In this document: positions 53,292 through 64,000 of the stretch, one piece after another
How the letters are laid out: every line of letters begins with the position of its first letter
Position numbering within the stretch: the stretch's first letter is position 1
From: the human T2T-CHM13v2.0 reference genome, Homo sapiens
DNA: 64,000 nucleotides
Strand: one strand, 5' to 3'
NCBI RefSeq assembly: GCF_009914755.1
Contig: NC_060947.1
The notes under the pieces: model-generated
What the model saw: only the letters and a program-made list of their open reading frames with translations
Databases searched by the model: none
Told to the model about the DNA's origin: nothing
Made by a program: the position numbers and the translations under genes

Positions 53292-56200
53292 TGGAAATCT
53301 TTACCAACAAAGAAAAATTCTGATGTATTCTCTTTCAGTTGAATGTCCTCAGATGACTTTCAGCAAACTCTAGAGAATCTTCCCGAAGGTGAGTATCTCT
53401 CAAATCTAAATGGCCAGAGAACCTTTGTCCCTCCATGGATGCGAAAACTGGTAAGAGTGGGAGAATATCAAAAATGCCCTCACTGTCTCTTTTTCCCATG
53501 TCTATCACAACACCTGATGTAGCATTGACGGCTTGATAACACTGACAGTTGTAATCCTTAATACTTCTTTTGTTTTCATAGTGCTGCCAGATATTCTAAG
53601 CAGGTTACATGGATTAATTTATTTAATCCTTAAGAATACGTCTATGACGTTGTTTCTGTTATTATCTCCAAAGAATAACAAGTCACACACTTTGGTTGTC
53701 ATCCATATAAAAGCCATGTAACTTGGCGCAAATCTTCTAAGTTCTCTGAGCTCCAGATTCCTGGTCCATGAAATGGAAGTAAAGAATCATAGTTTATGTT
53801 TTAGATCATAGTTATCAGCAGCATAATAATAAAATGAGGCTATCATTGTACAGAGATGTTAAAGAGTTTTCCTGGGGCACAGTGTCAGTGGTAGTCTAAT
53901 CCAGAGCTCCAAGCCATTTAAAGCTCATTCACGTTTGCATTTGTTTATGAAGTTCAGATGTTGCTCACTAGGGCTTTACCCCATAGGGCCTGCTGGTGCT
54001 TCCATTGAGACACCCACTCTCGCAACAGGAAGGACCAGCTGGCCTCTGATCCGTTACTAGAGCCACTCGCATGGCTTAGGAATCGGTTTGACTGTTGGCC
54101 CCTCCCTACTGCGAGCTCCTTGAGGGCTTTGTCTATACCTGGTGCATCCAAGAAGCCCCCGTCCCAGCCCAGGGGATTCCTTGGAGGCCCCTGAATGAGT
54201 GACTCCACAAGTACGTATTATACTCCGGTTTAGAGGGTAAAGGAATCTGGGATTGGGTTGCCAGTATGGAGGCCAAATTCAAAGAAGGATCATGAAAGGT
54301 ATTAATTGTTATTATTACTATATTTAAACAGTGTTTATAAGCTCAGAGAGGACTTTCCCTTAGCCTATTTTACATGTATTATTCACTATTACATAATTGA
54401 GGAAGCTGAATAAGTGTGGCTTAAGACTGTTGGTCAGTGACCCACCCCAATGCAGCAAGAATTGATATGGGTACCACCTCACTGAATTCCACATTCAATG
54501 TTGATGCCTCAGTAGGGTGGTATGCCAGATCTGGTACTGCTTTCTTTGCTGCCTAGATTAATTTCAGCAAACCATTTCATTCCCTCTCCCTTCCCTGTAT
54601 ACATCTCCCCACACCATCTTTCCCAGCAGTGTTTTGTCCCCTCCCTATGTTTTTACATTTACTCTCCCAACAGCTGTCTACAAGCTTATATGGGATCCCT
54701 TGTATTTTATAGAAGCTCTTCCTTTTGTAGACCTGTGAATTCTTAGAATGCTATGCCCCAAATCTTCTGTATATCACACTCTCAATTAAATGGAGATTTT
54801 TGCTGTTTGCAAGAATGTGAGTCTTAAAAGAGTGTGAAGATAACCAATCTAACCCTGGAAACCCCATTCCTTTAGACCAATCCTTTCCCTTCTAACCTCC
54901 CCTCCCAGGTTTCTCCTAATTTAGGCAAGTGTAACTCTCCCAGCAAAGTTGAGAACATTGATTAAGGTAATGCATGTGAAGACTCTTTGTAAGCTCTAAA
55001 GCACTATAGAAATGTCACCGATACTGTTTATCTGTGACCTTCATATTATAAAGATCATGCCCAAGAAGCCAGCAGAGGAAGGGAATGATTAGAAGGGAGT
55101 GCCAGAACCATCTGCCCTACAAAACGATCCGAAGCAGCTGTGCCCCCCGGGAAAAGCAAATACCTCTGAGAAGATTCACAAGAGATCTGGTAAGAGGAAA
55201 CAATTCGGGAACAAACCCTCTGGCTTTCCTGGCTATGTTCAGGTGTGTGGATTGGGTGTGTGGCATGGACCCCAGACAAGTCTAGGTCCCAGCTGGACTG
55301 AGGAGCTTGCCCAGCTCCAGAAGAGATGTCAGACATGACTTCCAGAGACACAGAGTGGAGTTGTCATCCATATAAAAACCACGTGACTTGGGGCAAGTCT
55401 TTCAAATTTTCTCAGCTCCAGATTCCCAGTCTATGCGATGGAAATAAAGAATCATAGTTCACAAATTGTTTGGAGGCATTAAATTTAATCTAGAAGGCCT
55501 GATGACATGAAAGGTGCTCAAGCAATTCTATCTGTAATTACCTGGGATCATATCTTACGCAGCTCAATGCCTGATAACCAATCAGGTGTACTTCAGAGAT
55601 ATTGCAGGTTCTGTTCCAGACCACTGCAATAAAGTGAGTCACACATTTTTTTGTTATTGTCATTTCACAGTGCATAAAAACTTTATGTTTACACTATCCT
55701 GTAGTCTATTAAGTGTGCAATAGCATTGTCTAAAAATGTACATACCTTAATTTTAAAATAATTCATTTATAAAAAATGCTAACAATCTTCTGAGCCTTCA
55801 GTGAGTCACACTCTTTTTGCTGGTGGAGGGTCTTGCCTCGGTGTTGATGGCTGCTGGCTGATCAAGGTGGTGGTTGCTGAAGATTGGAGTGGCTGTGGCA
55901 GTTTCTTAAAAGAACACAGCAATGAAATTTGCCACATTGATTAGCTCTCCCTTTCATGAAAGATTTCCCTGTACTGTGTGATGCTACTGGATAGCATTTT
56001 ACCCACAGTAGAACTTCTTTCAAAGTTGGAGTCAATCCTCTCTAGCTATGAAAGTCCTAGATGGCATCTCCTTCCAATAGAAGGCTATTTTATCTACATT
56101 GAAAATCTGTTGTTTAGTGTAGCCACCTTCATCAGTGATCTTAGCTAGATCTCCTGGATAACTTGCTGCAGCTTCTCCATCAGGGTTTGCTGCTTCACCT

Positions 56201-59000
56201 TGCACTTTTATGTTATGGAGATGGCTTCTTTCCTTAAACCTCACGAACCAACTTCTACTAGCTTCACGTGTTTCTTCTGCAGCTTCTTCACCTCTCTCAG
56301 CTTTCATGGTCGTGAAGAGAGTTCAGGTCTTTCTCTGAATTAGACTTTGGCTTAAGGGAATGTTGTGGCTGGTTTCATGTTCTGTCCTGACCACGCAATC
56401 TTCCTCTATTTCAGCAGTAAGGCTGCTTTACTTTCTTATTCGTCTGTTCACTGGAGTATTAGTATCATTATTTCCTTCAAGACCTTTCCTTTGCATTATA
56501 TACTATTATTTCCTTCAAGAACTTTTCCTTTGCAATCACAGCTTGGCTGTTTGGTGGAAGAGGCCGAGCTTTCAGCCTGTCTTGGCTTTCAGCATGCTTC
56601 CTCACTAAGCTTAGCCATTTCTAGCTTGTGATTTAGAGTGAGAGACATGCGACTCTTCCCTTCCTTTGAACACTTAGTGGCCATTGTAGGGTTGTTCATT
56701 GTCCTAATTTCAGTATTGCTGTGTCTCAAGAAATAGGGAGGACCAAGAAAAGGAAGGTAGGCAAGGAAGAGCTCATCGGTGGAGCAGTCAGAACACACAC
56801 AACATTGATCAATTAAGTTTGTCATCCTCTGTGGGTGCAGTTCCTGTTACCCCTAAAACAATTACCCACAACAGGGTGATTATTATCAATAATTACTTAA
56901 TTGTACATTTAAAAAAACTAAAAGAGTGTAAATGAATTGTTTGTAACACAAGGATAAATGGCTGAGGGGATGGATACCCTATTTTCTATGATGTGATTAT
57001 TATGCATTGCATGCATGTATCAAAACATCTCACGTACCCCATAAGTATATACACCTACTGTGTACCCACAAAAATAAAAAAAATATTTTAAAAGACTAAA
57101 GAACAACAAAACAATTGCAATCATAATATCAAAGCTCATTGATCACAGATCACTATAACAGATATAATAATAATGGAAAAGTGTAAAATTGGTGAGAATT
57201 TCAAAAAAAAATTACAGTATCTGCGAAGCAGGATAAAAATGAGGTGCCATAAAGCAAGGTTTGCCTTGTGCCCTTAACAAATACGTGCAGCATGAAAGGA
57301 GGTATGGGTGAGTGTTCCCATAAGTGAAGAGGTTGGGAATCTAAACCTGACAACGGAAGGAGCCAGAAGCTAAAACTTTAATTGGTATTTGTCGTGTATT
57401 GGTGTGGATCTAAGGCCTCAGCCTCTCTAAGCCAGAGAATGTGAAAAACTGGATAAAGAAGGCCCATGGGCACTTGGTGGTGGGGAGGCATCTACTTTTT
57501 TGAGAAAACAGAGCCTAACACTCTCCAACCCACCCAACCCTCACTTTCCAACTCTTCTCCATCATAGGACCCAAAAGTGGGAAACATGCCTGGACCCACA
57601 GACTGCATGAGAGAAAGCAGCTGGTGATTTATGAAGAGATCAGCGACCCTGAGGAAGATGACGAGTAACTCCGTAAGTGAACCTCCCGCTCATCCCCCAC
57701 ATCCCTGCAGATGTGCTATTCTGTTATGATACTGGTATCCCATCTGTCACTTGCTCCCCAAATAATTCCCTTTTCTAGGGTACAGCATTGAGGCTGAATG
57801 ATGAGATTTCCCATTCTCTTTCTTTCTTTCTTTTCTTTCTTTCCTTCTGTCTTTTTTTTTTTTTTTTTTTTTTTTTTGGAGGGATTCTTGCTCTGTCGCC
57901 CAGGCTGGATGTGGTGGCCCGATTTCGCCTCACTGCAACTTCCGCATCCCGGTTCAAGCAATTTTCTTGCCTCAGCAACCTGAGTAGCTGGGATTACACG
58001 TGTGCACCCCACACACCCGGCTAATTTTTGTATTTTTAGTAGAGATGAACTTTCCCCATGTTGGTCAAGCTGGTCTCGAACTTGCCTCTCCACCTGCCTC
58101 GGTCTCCCAAAGTGCTGGATTTACAGGTGTGAGCCACCGCACCCGGCCGATTTCCCATGCTCTTTCTACTCCCTGCCCTGTATATCCAGAGATGCTCCCT
58201 ACCCAGGATGCTGTGGGTTCCCAAACCCCAGGTCAGCCCTGATATGCGGGCCACACCTTCCTCTAGCCTAGGAATCGATAAACCAGGTGAGGAAGTCACT
58301 GTAGCATGAGCAGATGGTTCACTTCGAGGAACCGTGGAAGGCGTGTGCAGGCCCTGAGGTAGGGCAGAATCAGAGTGTGCAGGGTCTGCAGGTCAGGAGG
58401 AGTTGAGATTGAGTTGTCATGTGGTGGGAACTCACTGCCACTTTCTTTCCTTCTCTCTTCTTGCCTCAGCCTCAGGGATATGACACATGCCCATGATGAG
58501 AAGCAGAATGTGGTGACCTTTCACGAACATGGGCGTGGCTGCGAACCCCTCATCATAAGGTGCATAGCAAGTGAAAGCAAGTGTTCACAACAGTGAAAAG
58601 TTGAGCGTCATTTTTCTTAGTGTGCCAAGAGTTCGATGTTAGCGTTTCCGTTGTACTTTCTTACAGTGTGCCATTCTGTTAGATATTAACATTTTCACTG
58701 TTCAGCAATACATGCTTAATGCATATTTCGGTTTGTGTATCCATGCACCTACCTTAGAAAACAAGTATAGTCAGGTATTCTCTCCATAGAACAGCACTAC
58801 CCTCCTCTCTCCCCAGATGTGACTGCTGAGGGGAGGTCTGAGTGTTTAATTTCAGATTTTTTCCTCTGCATTTACACACCCCCCCCCACACACACACACC
58901 AAGTAACACTATAAGCACCTCCCATCTGCTTGTACTCCCCTCATCCGATTCCCCTCTATCAGTCACTGACAGTTAATAAACATTTGCAAGCGTTCCCCAG
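53292..59000 (+). pseudogene. 5'-truncated SSX paralog. Exons: 5 53339-53388; 6 55054-55189; 7 57568-57672; 8 58470-~58995
   Basis: Exon 5 VECPQMTFSKL*RIFPK (TAG 53371-53373); exon 6 [12 protein letters not shown] (TAG 55090-55092); exon 7 [33 protein letters not shown]; AATAAA 58975-58980. No exons 1-4 upstream; the junction is with an Alu fragment at ~53290. Confidence 0.92.
55583..57270 (-). mobile_element. Tigger1, paralogous copy in intron 6 of the 3'-half SSX
   Basis: ORF 56032..56307 [44 protein letters not shown] is Tigger1 transposase-like. Confidence 0.88.
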
Positions 59001-59264
59001 TTGTTTGCTCCTCTCATTATTGTGCACACAGCTCTCTGCATGTGTATGAATATTTCTTTAGGAAAGATTCTTAGAAGTGGAATTGCTGTGTCAAACGAGT
59101 CACTTATTCAACAAAAAACTAATGAGTGCATACTCGTGCTGAGCGCTGTTCTAGGTGCTGGAGAGACATCAGGGGACAAGGCAGACAGATGTTTCTGACC
59201 CCCATTCTAGAGGAGGATGTTTCCCGTTGTTGGGTTTCTTGGTTTGTTTGTTTGTTTCTTCTAG

Positions 59265-59426
<162 letters not shown>

Positions 59427-61391
59427 TAGAGAGTCTCACTATGTTACCCAGGCTGGTCTCCAACTCCTGGGCTCAAGCAATCCTCCCACCTTGGCGTCCT
59501 AATATATTGGGATTACAGGCGTAAGCCACCGCACCTGGCCTTCAGTTTTTATTTTGATAGAGACTATACACTTCAGTCCTGGAGCAGGATTCTGCAGCAG
59601 GTGGTTGGGCATCTTGGCCTTCGCTCTCTGAACCATTTTCGGGTTCTAGGGCTAGGACCGTCCATTTGGGAGTATGTGGGAGGAGACACAGATGAAATCG
59701 TCATCTGGGGAATGTGGAGGGATGAGGAAGATGCGTGCACTGTAGACCCTGTGATGGCCAGGGAATAGAAGAGTCCACTTAGTCTCCATGCAAAGGATCA
59801 ATGGTGGAAAAGTCTCCTGAACAGAAGCATGAGACTGCCCATCAAGGGTCTCACCAACCAAGGGCCTGGGGGGCTGGGGTGGGGACGATGATTTGGGAAT
59901 GGGACAGTTCTTTCTCACAGGTCCCACTGCACGGTGCGGAGGTGAAACAGTTGTGGGGAAGGGATGGGCAGAGGGAAGTCCGTTTTAGAACAAACCAGTG
60001 TGTGTGAATGAAGACATTAAACCTCCAGTCACACACAACAGACTTGAAACACCAGCCCCAGGTGGAGGCAGGATTGGAGCTGTTTTGAACATCCATAGCC
60101 CATCACCTTGGCCTCCTGTTTCTCCCCAGCCTCAGAAGGAGCACACTATCATCATTATGCCTATATGATAGATGAGAGACAGAGTCCCAGAGAGATGGTA
60201 GGCGTCTTGTCACAGGTCCTACAGCTGGCAGGTGCAGGAGGGGCTGAGTTTGGAGCTCACTGACTTCAGAAACATTAAGGAGGAAAGGTGTGTGTGGTGG
60301 AGGGAGGGAGAATTGAACAAACTCCGGGTTCTGTCCCCAGTCGCAAGGTAGAGGTTGTGGGTTCATTTTCCAAGACAAGGAGCCCTTAGAGATGGAGAGT
60401 GCAGGGAGGAAGAGGCAATCGTGGACATAGTGGGGACAGTGGGAGACAGAGATGTGCAGCCTGGGCAGAAGAAGGGCAGGCAAAGAAGCAGGGGATACCC
60501 AAGGCCAAGTGTGGGCTGTCACAGCCACCAGAGGGAGAGGGTGCCAGGAAGGAGGTTGTGGGGCTCCAGGAGAAACAGAGGTTCCCCAGATCTGTGAGCA
60601 TGCCCTGCCTGGCACTGCAGGAAGAGGTGGCTGCCCCCCAGGTCAGTGTGGACGTACCTCCACCTGTGTCTCAGAGGAAACAAATTCTATTTTATCCCAA
60701 TATAGTTCTGTATTACACAAATGTAATATTCCGATACTAGAAATTGAGTGCCTTATCCTCCATGCAAATAGAGGAGAGGATACCCTAAAGGAGATACTGA
60801 AGGATTTGATTTTTCTTTCTCCCTGGGAAGATGGGATCCATAAGTGGGGTCCCCCAGCCCACAAGACAAGTGCAAGGAAGGGTGGCTGGAAGATTGTGAG
60901 TTATGACAGGGAATATTTTTCCTTAGGTTCCATGAGTATATAAAGCTCCCAACTATCTGTCTATCATGGATAGATAAAGAGTGAACATGGTCCCCTCTCC
61001 ACAAATGTGTTTCTCTCCTTCACTATTACAGTGAAGGTCTGAAGTTCCGTCAAGTTCTGATACATTACTTTTATTACTATTTTTCGTTTTTTTCTTTTTT
61101 CTGAGACAGAATGTCACTCTGTCGCCCAGGCTGGAGTGCAGTGGCGAGATCTCCCACTGCACTTCCCAGTTCGAAGGAATGTTGAGTAGGGCATGGGATC
61201 TATCTGCCATCTTGCTCCAATCATCTGGTTTTAGATATTTTATGTACCTTTGTCACTATATACGTGTAATTTTTCTCAATTAGGATTTCTAAATGGTTAT
61301 TATTGGTATGCAGAAAACCTATCTATTACTATATATAATATTTTGTTACATGTCTGGGTGCAGTTTCCCCTGCCTTTTGGCACAAGACTCA

Positions 61392-61766
<375 letters not shown>

Positions 61767-62454
61767 TTATAAAAGGATACTTTATGGAAGATTTCATAGA
61801 GGAGACTGATGGAAAGAAAGAAGTGTATATTTTACAGAGCTGAGCAGTTCACAGCAAAAATCACCAGAACTGCCTTTTTCTCCAAAATTATTACCCCTAA
61901 GCTATTCTACTACTGGTTCTTCTAGTCCTTCCCTCTATTCCAAATCCTCAAATTGTCCATTTTCTTATTGCAATAATTTTCCTCTGTGCAGATCTAGGTC
62001 CTCCACAACACTTAGCACTCTCTTCGAGTGTTTGCATGCCCATTGTTTTAGCTCAGGTTCCCAACGAAACAGAATTTGGGCCATTCCAGACACCTCTAGA
62101 CAGACTATACCGAGAAACCATGCCTGGAACGGTGCAGGGGGAGAGGAGAGGAGAGGGAATTTACATACCTGGCTCTCACTCCTGGTTCCTTTTCTTAACG
62201 GTCAAAATTTATCCCACAGGCACGAGCTCCCCTACACTTCTAGATTGCATCATCTGCCCCCTTGGCAGCTGTCTGGGAAGCCAGATCCCACACTTGGAAG
62301 TGTAGTGTTTCATACAATCCAAAAGTGGTAGCAGAGGCCAGGTGTGGTGGCTCACGCCTGTAATTCCAGCACTTTGGGAGGCCGATGCAGGCAGATCATG
62401 AGGTCAGGAGTTCGAGACCAGCCTGGATAGCATGGTGAAACCCCGTCTCTACTA

Positions 62455-62796
<342 letters not shown>

Positions 62797-63341
62797 TTAT
62801 CTGAAGGAAAAGTAAAACTCATGTCTCTGTGACAACCAGGTGCTTACAGCTTGGAGCGAGGCACCTAGGCTAAACTCCCCTGGTGACAGGGAGACAAGGA
62901 CATCATCTTCCTCAATGTTCACATTTCAAAGAGATGGCACCAAGGCCCTGAAGAAAGACATTCCTAGGGGATGGGCGTGGTGGCTCATGCCTGTAATCCC
63001 AACACTTTGGGAGGCTGAGACTGGAGGATCACTTGAGGCCTGGAGTTCAAGTTCAAGACATTCCTGGGTTCTAGGATGGCCAGAGGCTTACAGATCAAAG
63101 GAAGAATTTACAAATACAAATTTTCTCAAGAAAATGCTCTAAGGAAAGTGAAATGGGGAAAGGTCTCTTCTTCCCTTTTGGCAACAGGAAAAATTCAATT
63201 TTATGTTTAGTTACCCTTACAATTTCCCCCTTTTGTTATTGTTTTATAGTAACACTGCAATTTTCTAATTATCTCCACTGCTGTTTCTATCTTTCTCTGT
63301 GTAGTTTGCAGCCACCTAGATATCCAACAAATCCATAGTAA

Positions 63342-63688
<347 letters not shown>

Positions 63689-64000
63689 TAAATTCAGTAT
63701 AATACTCCCCTTGTTTGGGCGGGGGGACCTTTAAACACATCATACTGGTTAATTGTGTCAAAGTCAAAGTAAATTATAGAGACAAATCCCTAAATCAAAT
63801 GCTGTATTTGGGAATCACAAAATTGCAATCCAGGGCATATACAAGGACTAGGGTGGTCTTCAGTGTGTCCAACGAACAAACAGAAGTTGGAAATTTTATT
63901 AGAAAGAAAAATGTTACATATTGTTTTGAAATGAGGCTCATTGGCCCTAGAGAAGCTGGTTCATTCACACAATCAGCTTTCATATTCCCTCTTTTGATCA

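Noticed and set aside
56032-56307. Transposase-like ORF as a domesticated TIGD gene
   Set aside because: Short fragment of an internally deleted Tigger1; the paralog is disrupted

Overview
Primate (almost certainly human) Alu-dense segmental-duplication DNA from the Xp11.23 SSX/OATL cancer-testis cluster. It holds three SSX-family units. (1) A full 8-exon minus-strand gene (~26.5-37.2 kb) whose spliced 188-aa product matches my recollection of SSX9/SSX9P; its exon-6 splice donor is GG instead of GT and its poly(A) hexamer is AATACA. (2) A minus-strand 5'-half copy (promoter + exons 1-4, KRAB-like part, ORF and splice sites intact, 7.6-10.1 kb). (3) A plus-strand 3'-half copy (exons 5-8, two nonsense codons, 53.3-59.0 kb). 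Two processed OAT pseudogenes sit head-to-head with the SSX promoters. Each has an extra ~86-nt 5'UTR segment, and its middle is replaced by a tandem array of deleted Alu monomers. The window also contains an S100A11 processed pseudogene, Tigger1 copies carrying exon-like segments, ERV1-class LTRs, L1 remnants, and nested direct and inverted duplications with Alu-bounded junctions. Nearly all ORF-track entries are Alu or low-complexity artefacts. Gene names and comparisons to known isoforms come from memory, not from a database search.
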